A model generated the notes under the pieces. It was given only the letters and a program-made list of their open reading frames with translations. It was not told where the DNA came from and ran no database searches. The position numbers and the translations under genes are program-made. Of a DNA stretch of 64,000 bases, positions 45,934 to 55,414 are shown piece by piece; position 1 is the first letter of the stretch; the number at the start of each line of letters is the position of its first letter. Location of the stretch: the IMG/VR virus record IMGVR_UViG_3300042940_001591; one strand, written 5' to 3'. Source of the DNA: a virus (taxonomy: Duplodnaviria; Caudoviricetes).

Positions 45934-47451
45934 TTATAAAGGGTTATTTTTTATGTATTCTTCTCCATTATATTCGGGACCTGATTTCGATGCTCCTTGA
46001 TAACGTCTAGATGCGTCTGTATGACCAACATATGGACCCTCTCCAATGTCACCATACAAATATGTCCCCCAATCATCTTTAATATCTTCCCATTTATTTT
46101 CACTAATTATCTTTCTATATGTAGGTATCATCGTTTCCTCAACATTATGTTGACCTTGATGTACCGTACCTACATGTTCATTATTAATGTATTTGTCGAA
46201 CCATTCTTTGAATTTACTAAGTCTAAACATTGCCGGATTATTAGACCACCTACATACTGTAATCAAATCGATTTCATCAATTCTAGACTCCCTATCAAAA
46301 GGCGTGACATTATCTTCAACATCTCTAGCAATATCGAATCCTCTCATTGTATTATCGTCTTTTGAGAACCATACCGAATTTACAAAATCATATTTTTTAA
46401 ATGACTGAGTTAATTTTAAAAAATCAATATTATCTTTCTTTAGAAAAACCCAATCATGTTCTAAAAATATAAAATACGGAGTTTTAATTCTACTAATAAC
46501 ATTCTTAAATGTTGAAATTAGACCACCAAATCCTGTGGTCATGGTAACATTTAATTCACTTTTAGCGTCTCTAAAATATGCGTTTAACTTGAATTTTTCT
46601 AAATTAATATCGTTACTACCCGACTCGTCATAATGAACTAAAAATTTGCACTTTAGTAACTCACTAGGTAAACTATGTAATAGATAATTTAAATAATACA
46701 AATAATTTTCAACAAAATGTCCAGCAATTACAATTGTAACGTCCTTTTCTATCTTTTCCTCAGTAAAATCTATATTATAATTGCTATAAATGAATCTATC
46801 GTAATTACCTTGTATCCAAGCGTTATAGTTAACAGGACCTCTTGGTTGTAGTGTAGAAACAAATCCCACCGCGTGATTTATAATCATCGGTACCGTGGTT
46901 AAAGTTACAAATCCTTCATCATTTAATCTAGGTAAAAAATCATCTATTGCCAATAAATCTTTTCTATAATTTAAATTATTAACAACATACTCATACGCCC
47001 TTTTCTTAATCAAATATGCCCATGCACCTGTACTTCTATCAATCTTTGATAAGGTATTTGTGACGGGTATTAGATTTGATTTTGGATTACAACCAAATAA
47101 TAAAACATCCCACTCTACATTTTGTAAGTCATTATAAATTTGAGGTATTAAATCATTAAATGTTGGTTTAGTTTGACTATTTGGTAAATAACAAACATCA
47201 TTTATATCCATATCATCTTCGCAAACAAAAATAACTTCATAATCATTATTAAGTGCATCTTGAAATACCCCTAAATGACTTTTAGTACATGAATATTGTA
47301 TCATTTCATCAGTTAATGCTGAAAATCTATTTAGATTTTGAATGTCATATTTAATCTTTAATTCTTCTATATGATTTTTTCTATCGGTTGAAGAATCCAA
47401 GTTAATATAATATCCATTATTTGCAAAGTTAAAATTTTGTATTGTAAACAT
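45934..47451 (-). CDS. GT25-like + GT2-like double glycosyltransferase
   Basis: YYINLDSSTDRK, CTKSHL, VCEDD, GAWAYLI; second domain FLEHDW. Confidence 0.82.
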   Translation of the reverse strand: MFTIQNFNFANNGYYINLDSSTDRKNHIEELKIKYDIQNLNRFSALTDEMIQYSCTKSHLGVFQDALNNDYEVIFVCEDDMDINDVCYLPNSQTKPTFNDLIPQIYNDLQNVEWDVLLFGCNPKSNLIPVTNTLSKIDRSTGAWAYLIKKRAYEYVVNNLNYRKDLLAIDDFLPRLNDEGFVTLTTVPMIINHAVGFVSTLQPRGPVNYNAWIQGNYDRFIYSNYNIDFTEEKIEKDVTIVIAGHFVENYLYYLNYLLHSLPSELLKCKFLVHYDESGSNDINLEKFKLNAYFRDAKSELNVTMTTGFGGLISTFKNVISRIKTPYFIFLEHDWVFLKKDNIDFLKLTQSFKKYDFVNSVWFSKDDNTMRGFDIARDVEDNVTPFDRESRIDEIDLITVCRWSNNPAMFRLSKFKEWFDKYINNEHVGTVHQGQHNVEETMIPTYRKIISENKWEDIKDDWGTYLYGDIGEGPYVGHTDASRRYQGASKSGPEYNGEEYIKNNPL

Positions 47452-47462
47452 CTTTATATTTT

Positions 47463-48257
47463 TTAATATCTATCCTCATAAACGTGATTTGTAACAAACA
47501 TAGTGTCAGTGTGTATTAATTTAAAATTAGACATTGGTATTACAAAAGATAGATTTGATAGATACCCTGTTTTATAGCCATACGATTTTTCATAACCGTA
47601 GTCCACAATATAGTCCCAATTATTAAAAAACTTATCGAAACTTTCCCTACTCTCCCCAAAAAATAATTGATTTGTTCCGTCTAATGTATCGTATTCATCT
47701 TCACTAAAATTAAGATTTAAATCATCGATATATTTTTGATGATAATAAAATAATTCTTGTGTTGGGTATCTGTGTTTGTAGACGAATCTTGCAGAAGATG
47801 TTTTAATGGTATTTGGTTCGTATAAATTTAATAAATGATTCATAACATCTTCTTTTGTTACTCCATCTTTTATTTTAGTATCACATTCTAAAAAATATAA
47901 ACCTAAATAACCATCTTCGGCAGCCTTTTTTAAAATAAACCTTCTTAAATTCCACGGATATCTAGCAGGATATAAACCAGAAGGGTCTTCAGGTAATGGT
48001 TCGTTTATTTTTGATTTTTCATTATCCTTTCTTAAATCTTCAATATCAAAAACTTTTATTAGTGGATGATTTTCATACTCACTAAATTCTTCTTTTAGAT
48101 TTGTTGAAATATAAAATGGTATATCTAACCCTAATTCTAAAAATCTTTTAATATTGTAATCCTTTACTCTCTTGACGTAATTAGGATAATTAGCTTCTGT
48201 TAAAAAACAAATTTTCATGATATGATTTATAAATCTCCGATTATTCTTTCTAACCAA
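47463..48257 (-). CDS. Glycosyltransferase-like protein
   Basis: PWNLRRF, YFLECDT; position in the cluster. Confidence 0.5.
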   Translation of the reverse strand: MVRKNNRRFINHIMKICFLTEANYPNYVKRVKDYNIKRFLELGLDIPFYISTNLKEEFSEYENHPLIKVFDIEDLRKDNEKSKINEPLPEDPSGLYPARYPWNLRRFILKKAAEDGYLGLYFLECDTKIKDGVTKEDVMNHLLNLYEPNTIKTSSARFVYKHRYPTQELFYYHQKYIDDLNLNFSEDEYDTLDGTNQLFFGESRESFDKFFNNWDYIVDYGYEKSYGYKTGYLSNLSFVIPMSNFKLIHTDTMFVTNHVYEDRY

Positions 48258-49477
48258 CCCTTAGATTCGCTATGTGGCCAAACAACCCAATATTTTGGCT
48301 TTGTTTCAACTGTAAATTCTCTCCAAATTTTACAGTATCCATCAGGGTCACTTTTTAATCTTCGTATTTCATCTTTATCTGCGTCCTTTCTAAAAAGAGT
48401 TTCATCTTTTTCATTATGAAAAGCAACAACCCAAAAATCATAATCATTTTCAGGTACTCTATCAAAAGTAACATCAATACAATGTTTAAAAATTGATAAA
48501 AATGAATCATTAAATTCATCACCATATAAAGGTGGATTGGGTGCTAAATTATTATCTACCGTATATTTTTGCACCGCTCTCTTTTTAAATGAAATTCCCG
48601 CATATCTTTCATAATCCTCTAAAGTTCTTTCTTTACCAAAATCATAAATCCCAAAATCAATGTCTTTTACCTCACCATCCATCTCAAATAATTTTCTATT
48701 TCTTTTATGACAACTTACGTTTTTGGTTACCCATTGTTTATCGTCATCCCATTGTTTTTTTCTACCCTTACGAGTATATTCGTGCCACACAACGGTTTTA
48801 TGTGGATGAAATAAATCATAACCCCACGTGTATGCTCTTACCGCAATTGAAATTTCTTCTCCGTGGAAATAATATTCGGGGTCATGTGGAACTTCTTTAA
48901 CAAAAGAACCTAATGTAAAGCAAAAATGTGCTGAATAAAATCTAGCGGGTATAGGTTCTGTTCTTTTTTGATAATCGTCAATTGTTGCAGGTAAGAAAAA
49001 CACCGCACCTTCAGGAATGAATCTATCAAAATTCATTTTCCATGGGGCTTGGATTCTGCCAGCTGGATCATTATCGGGATCAAACGATGATACATATCCC
49101 GTTAGTAAAGGTTTCTTATGTCCTTTTTTCTGTAATTGTTTAATCATTTTTATGCAGTCTTCGTCCCAATTTTCCGCGAATCTATGATGAGAATCTAATT
49201 GAATTGTATATTCTTCTCCGTCATATTGTTGTTGTAATTTATTTCTAGCCCAACATGCTCCTTTAGAATCTTCGTAATTAATGTCAATTATTTTGAATCT
49301 CTTGTCATTTGAAAATTCATCTAAATTGTCCCATTCATCTTCTTTTGACCTTTGCCAAGCAATTGAAAAAACTAAATTTTCCGGTTTTTTTGCGTTTTTT
49401 ATACAGTCTTTTATTGTTGGTACTAATTGCGGATCTCGATAAGATGCAATTTGAATGAAAATTTTGTTGTTACCCAT
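48227..49477 (-). CDS. Gnt1/GT60-like protein GlcNAc-transferase
   Basis: IFIQIASYRDPQL, GACWARN, IQLDSHHRF...WD, YFHGEEISIAVRAYTWGYDLF. Confidence 0.82.
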   Translation of the reverse strand: MGNNKIFIQIASYRDPQLVPTIKDCIKNAKKPENLVFSIAWQRSKEDEWDNLDEFSNDKRFKIIDINYEDSKGACWARNKLQQQYDGEEYTIQLDSHHRFAENWDEDCIKMIKQLQKKGHKKPLLTGYVSSFDPDNDPAGRIQAPWKMNFDRFIPEGAVFFLPATIDDYQKRTEPIPARFYSAHFCFTLGSFVKEVPHDPEYYFHGEEISIAVRAYTWGYDLFHPHKTVVWHEYTRKGRKKQWDDDKQWVTKNVSCHKRNRKLFEMDGEVKDIDFGIYDFGKERTLEDYERYAGISFKKRAVQKYTVDNNLAPNPPLYGDEFNDSFLSIFKHCIDVTFDRVPENDYDFWVVAFHNEKDETLFRKDADKDEIRRLKSDPDGYCKIWREFTVETKPKYWVVWPHSESKGWLERIIGDL

Positions 49478-49586
49478 TATATTTTAATTATACGATAATA
49501 TATAAAAAAATGTGGATACTTTCAACCAAATAATTTTTTTTATTGGTGTTTTTTACATATATTTTAATAAAAATCAAACATATATC

Positions 49587-49943
49587 ATGTCAAAAATATA
49601 CCAACCTATTGTTATTGAAAGAACAAAAGAAATCATTGAAACTTTGGTGGAAACTAATTTCTTTTTCGATTATGAAATTGAAGTTACGGATTTTGCTAAA
49701 AATCACATATCCGACATGTTAACTGAAAAGTTCATAAATGGTGATACTGACCTTACTGAAGATGAAATTTTTAGTGAAGATGAGTTTGAAACTCTTTTAC
49801 GTGAAATTGTGGCGGGTACAATACTAAATGAACTAAAAACAAAAGGTTTAGTAAATTCATACGAAGACGATAACACCGAAGAGATGTTTTTCTTAACTGA
49901 AAAAGGTAAAAAAGTGTTAAAAAATGATGAAAAACTAAAATAA
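49587..49943 (+). CDS. Acidic hypothetical protein
   Basis: Start moved to MSKIY at 49587. Confidence 0.6.
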   Translation: MSKIYQPIVIERTKEIIETLVETNFFFDYEIEVTDFAKNHISDMLTEKFINGDTDLTEDEIFSEDEFETLLREIVAGTILNELKTKGLVNSYEDDNTEEMFFLTEKGKKVLKNDEKLK

Positions 49944-49946
49944 CTC

Positions 49947-50276
49947 TTATTTTTTCTTCTCGTCCAAAGATTGGGAGTATATAGACTTTTTATACTGTCT
50001 AACTTTGTCTTTAAGTTGGGTTAACAATTTTTGAGCATTAGATAAACTAACAGTTATTCCCGAAATTCTCGCGTTTGACGTGCTTTTTAAGCCAGAAGGT
50101 ATGGAATCCTCCAACTTTCTCAATTCTTTTACTGTTTCACCTAAAGAATTTTGTAATTCTTCTATTTTAAACTGCACTCTACTAAAATCCTGTCTAGATA
50201 CTTTCGACATTTGCTCAAATAAGACCTTATCAACCGCCTCTTTGACTAAATTTTCTGATATGATGTTTTTTTCCAT
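49947..50276 (-). CDS. Coiled-coil hypothetical protein
   Basis: 109-aa ORF. Confidence 0.65.
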   Translation of the reverse strand: MEKNIISENLVKEAVDKVLFEQMSKVSRQDFSRVQFKIEELQNSLGETVKELRKLEDSIPSGLKSTSNARISGITVSLSNAQKLLTQLKDKVRQYKKSIYSQSLDEKKK

Positions 50277-50279
50277 ATA

Positions 50280-50528
50280 TTATTCTAAACCAAAGTCTTT
50301 TTCTTCTCTATCCGTTAATTCACCATCTCTTTTCATACCTTCTTTAATGTAATTTCTAATTAATTTAGATACAGTTACTTCTTGGTTATTTGCAACTTTC
50401 TCAATCTCCTTATAATAAGCAGGAACAACTCTAAATGTTAACATTTTTATCAATTGCTTATGTTTTGGTTGACTTGAGCTTGGTTTGTCGTTCGATGATT
50501 GCATTTCTTTATATGCGTCTGATGCCAT
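50280..50528 (-). CDS. Ribbon-helix-helix DNA-binding protein
   Basis: KMLTFRV...EIEKVA...TVSKLIRNYI. Confidence 0.65.
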   Translation of the reverse strand: MASDAYKEMQSSNDKPSSSQPKHKQLIKMLTFRVVPAYYKEIEKVANNQEVTVSKLIRNYIKEGMKRDGELTDREEKDFGLE

Positions 50529-50599
50529 GATATGTGTTTTTTATATAAATATTTTGTATTACAAATAAAATTCATTATATTAATAAAAAACACAAAAAT

Positions 50600-50959
50600 A
50601 TGTCAGAAGATACCACTCCACAACTTTCCCCAATCAAATTATGTGAGGAAAAGTACCCAGAAACAACTGCAGAATTTAAAAAGATTCTAAAAGAACAGTA
50701 CGAAACCTTTTGCAGGAAACAACTTAACTATGGACCCGATAATATATCCGTAGGGACTCGTTTAGAGACCCCTGACGAGATTAAATTATCTCAAACAGGA
50801 CTTTGGTTCAGAATGAATGATAAGATTCAGAGATTGAAACAATTGGTGTTATTAGGTAAGCCAGATACTGTTGGTGAGGCTATTGAGGATACATATCAAG
50901 ATTTATCAGTATATAACATAATTGCTCAAATTGTTGTTAGAGGTAAATGGGCCAAATAA
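50600..50959 (+). CDS. DUF1599 / nucleotide-modification-associated domain protein
   Basis: KQLNYG, RMNDKIQRL, EDTYQDLSVY. Confidence 0.75.
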   Translation: MSEDTTPQLSPIKLCEEKYPETTAEFKKILKEQYETFCRKQLNYGPDNISVGTRLETPDEIKLSQTGLWFRMNDKIQRLKQLVLLGKPDTVGEAIEDTYQDLSVYNIIAQIVVRGKWAK

Positions 50960-51063
50960 TTTAATTTTTTACCATTCAAAAAAAGGGGGTAAAACTAAAA
51001 TTTTATCCCTTTTTTTATTTATTATAATAAACCATCTACTATTTATTTAAAAACGAAATAATA

Positions 51064-51423
51064 ATGAAAGTAAACGTAAATCATCCATCTTTTATCCAAT
51101 TCTTGGAAACTGTGAGTAACAATATTTTATCTAACGTTACTATTGAGAATTACTTCTCATTACCCCAAGAAAAAAAAATGTCAGTACTTTATATGGTTTT
51201 TAAATTAATGAAAAATTCCGTAAAATCCAGAGCACAATTAACTGACATGGAATTAAAAAGTTTTCTTACTGTTTTGTGGAAAAAACATGAAGACAATGAA
51301 AATTACGAATTTGCTGCAGTTTTAAAAGACATTTCTAACAATTTTGACGCAATTAACGATTTTGTTAAACCACCTAAAAGGACAAAAAGAACGATAAAAA
51401 CCGATAACCAAAATAATGGCTAG
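51064..51423 (+). CDS. Hypothetical protein
   Basis: 119-aa ORF. Confidence 0.65.
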   Translation: MKVNVNHPSFIQFLETVSNNILSNVTIENYFSLPQEKKMSVLYMVFKLMKNSVKSRAQLTDMELKSFLTVLWKKHEDNENYEFAAVLKDISNNFDAINDFVKPPKRTKRTIKTDNQNNG

Positions 51424-51808
51424 AACTATTGACATAGAATCCAAAAAACGTTACGCCACACTAGCTTTAAAGTGGTGTGAATCGTATTTTGGCATATGTG
51501 ATAGAAAAAAACGTAAATTATTGTTTAGATTTAGTGAAAGAAAACGTAAAATGGATAATTTTGACATTTTTGGTAATTATTGTTTTTATCGAAATGAAAT
51601 TATAATCTATCTACCAAATAATAATACAATATACGATTTAGTTGCGACCGTAATCCATGAGTACACGCATTATTTGCAAGTTCGTAGAAAATATAGGGAA
51701 TATGAGTTATCAAGATATTATTCCCATAATCCGATGGAAAGACAAGCGAAAAGAAATGAAGATAGATATACTAAATTATGTTTAAAAGAAATTAAGAAAC
51801 TATTTTAG
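51416..51808 (+). CDS. HExxH zincin-like protein
   Basis: TVIHEYTHYLQ...NPMERQA. Confidence 0.7.
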   Translation: MARTIDIESKKRYATLALKWCESYFGICDRKKRKLLFRFSERKRKMDNFDIFGNYCFYRNEIIIYLPNNNTIYDLVATVIHEYTHYLQVRRKYREYELSRYYSHNPMERQAKRNEDRYTKLCLKEIKKLF

Positions 51809-51992
51809 CCTCTTCAATCCCCCTTAAAAACAATAAAATATCGTCTTGTTGATTTCTATTTCTTACTACCATATCACAATACCAAAATTCCTTTAAATCA
51901 TTAACTGAACCTTCCTTTACTTGTGAATGTTTAATTCTTCTATAAACCCAATATAGTTTATCTTGATAGTTTACTAATTCTTTGTTTAACAT
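51792..51992 (-). CDS. Small hypothetical protein
   Basis: 66-aa ORF. Confidence 0.55.
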   Translation of the reverse strand: MLNKELVNYQDKLYWVYRRIKHSQVKEGSVNDLKEFWYCDMVVRNRNQQDDILLFLRGIEEAKIVS

Positions 51993-51995
51993 AAT

Positions 51996-52598
51996 TTACT
52001 TGTGATCACTAGGTGGGCATATCATCTCAAGTTCATCCCATTTAAATTTAGGTTTTTCATTTAAAAAAACATAGCATTTCCACTTCTTTTGTTTTTCAAA
52101 ATAAATGTGTTTTTGCATATATGACGGAATTGCTGAATTTGTAGGTAATCTTCTCACTGGTTTGTCAAAAAATATTTTGATGATGATTGTCAAATTCTCA
52201 TTGTCATCCCATTTTCTTTCCTGCTCCTCAAGTAATCTCCATTCACCTCTATTCATGTGTTGATCCTGTAACATACAGTTCAAATATGAAAATGTTTGTT
52301 TAAGATTTTCCATATTATCAGAGAATGATGCTGCCGGCGCCAAATGTCCCTTATCGTATATGTTTTTAGCATAATCTTCGGCGTTAGACGTGTGTATATT
52401 CTTTTCAGTATAAAAGTCCATTGACCCTCTATTTACGTTTGTAGGTCTATTAGTTGAACGGTACTTTAACCATAAAGGTGATTCTAATTTTTGAGAGTAA
52501 AGTACCTCAAATACTTGATTTTTAACTCTTATAGTGTCTTGTGCAAATAATACTGTACTGAATAAAATAAAGACGATTAATAGTAAACCTTTTTTCAT
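51996..52598 (-). CDS. Exported DNA/RNA non-specific endonuclease (NucA/EndoG family)
   Basis: Signal peptide; YDKGHLAPAA, TFSYLN...Q...NRGEWRLLE. Confidence 0.9.
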   Translation of the reverse strand: MKKGLLLIVFILFSTVLFAQDTIRVKNQVFEVLYSQKLESPLWLKYRSTNRPTNVNRGSMDFYTEKNIHTSNAEDYAKNIYDKGHLAPAASFSDNMENLKQTFSYLNCMLQDQHMNRGEWRLLEEQERKWDDNENLTIIIKIFFDKPVRRLPTNSAIPSYMQKHIYFEKQKKWKCYVFLNEKPKFKWDELEMICPPSDHK

Positions 52599-53146
52599 AA
52601 ATTGTTTTCTATTAAATATTTGTAAATCTCCAAAGGAGTGTCATTATGAACACTAAATTCACTATAAGGTATATTATTAATATCCAATGTGAGTTTAATA
52701 TCCCTATCAATTTCTTCAGCCTCTTGTAAATCTTGTATCCTACCGTTAGGGTCATATGTCTCATTATTTCTCTTTAATATTATGTTTATATTTTCATATT
52801 GTTTAAATAACTTCCATATGAAGTCACCTAAACCTGTCATCCCATAAAAGGATGCAGGATAATCATCACCATACCTTTGTTCATAAAAACACCCAAGAAT
52901 AATCGGTGAGTCCACAATTATATAATCAACCTTACCATAAAGACGACTAATGTTTCTATGTTGATTTGCGGTAATAAAAAATTGATCTTTTAATTGAGAT
53001 ATGTTACCTTCCCACGCAACTTCTTTAGGGAACTCATACGTATATTCGACGCTCATGTGACGTTTTTTCATCTCGGTAAATAAACCTGATGCTTGTGTTG
53101 ATTTACCTATACCAGGACCACCAAAAAAGTTAATTATCTTGCTCAT
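52595..53146 (-). CDS. NadR-like P-loop nucleotide kinase
   Basis: INFFGGPGIGKST, VDSPI, GRIQDLQEA. Confidence 0.75.
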   Translation of the reverse strand: MSKIINFFGGPGIGKSTQASGLFTEMKKRHMSVEYTYEFPKEVAWEGNISQLKDQFFITANQHRNISRLYGKVDYIIVDSPIILGCFYEQRYGDDYPASFYGMTGLGDFIWKLFKQYENINIILKRNNETYDPNGRIQDLQEAEEIDRDIKLTLDINNIPYSEFSVHNDTPLEIYKYLIENNL

Positions 53147-53377
53147 ATGTTACATAATATACATAAAAAAAGGGAGTTTGTGAAATCTCCCGTATATTAA
53201 ATTTAAATAAGTTTATTTTGTCCCCCGACAACAAAAATAAATAAACTATTATATGAAAAAAGACCATAAAATACAATGACTATTTGTCAGTTTAAAATTA
53301 ATTTCGGTTTATTATGAGGTAAACGTAATAAAATTTAAAACTTTATTTTTAATATAACTATTTATAGAATTATTACT

Positions 53378-54004
53378 ATGGAACAACACACAATAGAATT
53401 AATTGGTATGGTCTTAGTGGCCGTTATTACAGCATTAGTTGGTCCGGCAGGACTTGAATATGTAAAAGCTAAACTATCCAAACCAGTATCGAAAGACATT
53501 GTCAAAGATGACATCGAAAGAAATTTGGTTATTTTTGACGAAATATCGGAAATTAGAGATATGTTAGATGCGGATAGAATTTGGATAAGTCAATTTCACA
53601 ATGGCGGTCATTTTCTTCACACTAACAAATCAATTCAAAAGTTTTCAATAACATATGAGGACGTTAAACCAGGTATTAGTAGTATTATTCATTTATTTAC
53701 AGACATTCCACTATCGTTATATTCAAGATCGATGAATTACATTATGGAAAATAAACATTTGTGGATTTCCGATTTTAAAGATGCAACCATTGCAACTTAT
53801 GGATTAAAGTCCGCAGCGGATGCAACGGGTACTAGTGCATCATATGTAATTGGGTTATTTGATATTGTAACGGATAAATGTATTGGGACAATGGGGGTGG
53901 ACTATAGAGATAAAAAGAAACTAACACAAACACAGAAAGATTTTTTAATAGAGAGAGGTAGTCGTTTGGCTGGATATTTATCAGTATACCTTAAATCAAA
54001 GTAA
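53378..54004 (+). CDS. Single-TM + GAF-like domain protein (holin candidate)
   Basis: N-terminal TM; DRIWISQFHNGG...KFSITYE...IGTMGVDY; TATTTATA at 53359. Confidence 0.6.
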   Translation: MEQHTIELIGMVLVAVITALVGPAGLEYVKAKLSKPVSKDIVKDDIERNLVIFDEISEIRDMLDADRIWISQFHNGGHFLHTNKSIQKFSITYEDVKPGISSIIHLFTDIPLSLYSRSMNYIMENKHLWISDFKDATIATYGLKSAADATGTSASYVIGLFDIVTDKCIGTMGVDYRDKKKLTQTQKDFLIERGSRLAGYLSVYLKSK

Positions 54005-54010
54005 CACATT

Positions 54011-54376
54011 ATGAAAAAATATATATTCACAGAAGGACAATTAAAAAAAATAATAGACTCTCAAATAAGTGAGCAAATGAGTCCGGATGCCAATTTTAAT
54101 GCGGTATACGGTAATCCCCCAATTTCACAACAAATGAAAAAATACCCAAAAGGTAGATTTGCATTTTCATCTGGAATGATTAAAATGTTAGACCAAGACA
54201 AAACTAACAAATTATATGTTGTTAAAGACGGTGACACAATAAGTGGATTAGTTCAAAAATTAGGTGCAAATTCAGATTACAATATATTACACGATAATGA
54301 TTTATTAAAAGGTAATCCTAAAGGGTTACAACCGGGTATGATTATTGCTTATAGTCTAAGACCCTCTGGTAACTAA
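54011..54376 (+). CDS. LysM-domain protein
   Basis: YVVKDGDTISGLV...N.L...LQPGMII. Confidence 0.8.
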   Translation: MKKYIFTEGQLKKIIDSQISEQMSPDANFNAVYGNPPISQQMKKYPKGRFAFSSGMIKMLDQDKTNKLYVVKDGDTISGLVQKLGANSDYNILHDNDLLKGNPKGLQPGMIIAYSLRPSGN

Positions 54377-54925
54377 TTCATCGAAAATTTTAATAATTTC
54401 GTCTAATCCGTCGTAGTTAAAACATTCAGAATAACCCGAAAAAGATTCTAAAATTGGTCTGTATTTTTTTACAGACCTTTTTTTATTAAGTTTTTCTTTA
54501 ATATCACTTTCTAATTTTTCCGCATTTGGTGTTTCAATCCTTCTTAATATCGACTCAACAATATATCCCTCATACCCATACGCTTTACTAAAACGTCTCA
54601 TTATGAATCTTTTAGATGTTATACCAACCTTAACAAATGTTTTACCTGTAGATTCTTCTTTTATTAATACGAGATATAATGATTTTGGTAATTTTGCTAG
54701 TTTTTTCTTTTTGTCCTGACCCCTTTTTACCAATTTAAGACCTATATATTCTTTAGCCTTCTCAAGAGAAGTAAACTCCTTAGTGTCTCTATACGGATTT
54801 ACGATGTGTTTTTTAAACCTTTCAATGTATATGGTCTTACCACTATCAACTTTATATTTTACCCCTCTAGTGGTCTTTATTTGATAAATTGAATAGTAAC
54901 CTATTTTTAGTATTGGGTCTCCCAT
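54356..54925 (-). CDS. GIY-YIG/T5orf172-like endonuclease
   Basis: LYLVLI...FVKVGITS...RRF...AEKLE...GYSECF. Confidence 0.6.
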   Translation of the reverse strand: MGDPILKIGYYSIYQIKTTRGVKYKVDSGKTIYIERFKKHIVNPYRDTKEFTSLEKAKEYIGLKLVKRGQDKKKKLAKLPKSLYLVLIKEESTGKTFVKVGITSKRFIMRRFSKAYGYEGYIVESILRRIETPNAEKLESDIKEKLNKKRSVKKYRPILESFSGYSECFNYDGLDEIIKIFDELVTRGS

Positions 54926-55021
54926 ATAACGTAATTTTAGTTATACACAAATATTTTTTAGAATATTTGGTAATCTTTTTTAATATACATACTTTTGCAT
55001 CATAAATAAACCAATAAAAAG

Positions 55022-55363
55022 ATGGACGAAAAGAAATGTTCGGGTTGTAAGACAACCAAAACAATTGACAATTTTTACAAAAACAAGTTAGTTTTAGATG
55101 GTCACAGTAACTACTGTATTGATTGTACACGTGAAAATTCTAAGAAGTATTTCCAAAGAAAAAAGGAAAGAACATTAAAATCGGAGAATGACAATCTCAT
55201 GAAAATGGTTCTTTTAAATAACTACAATTCTGAGTTTGACAAGTCTAACGCGGATAATTTCATGAAAATATTAATGATTGAAAAGATGTGTAAATCTATT
55301 TTAGATGAATTGGATAATTTAAAACAAACATATATTAAATCGGAATCTCAATTAACCCAATAA
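55022..55363 (+). CDS. Zn-finger protein
   Basis: CSGC...NFYKN...YCIDC. Confidence 0.6.
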   Translation: MDEKKCSGCKTTKTIDNFYKNKLVLDGHSNYCIDCTRENSKKYFQRKKERTLKSENDNLMKMVLLNNYNSEFDKSNADNFMKILMIEKMCKSILDELDNLKQTYIKSESQLTQ

Positions 55364-55414
55364 ATGTCTTGATTTTAACACTAAAAAAAGATATTTATAG
55401 GATATTTATATACT

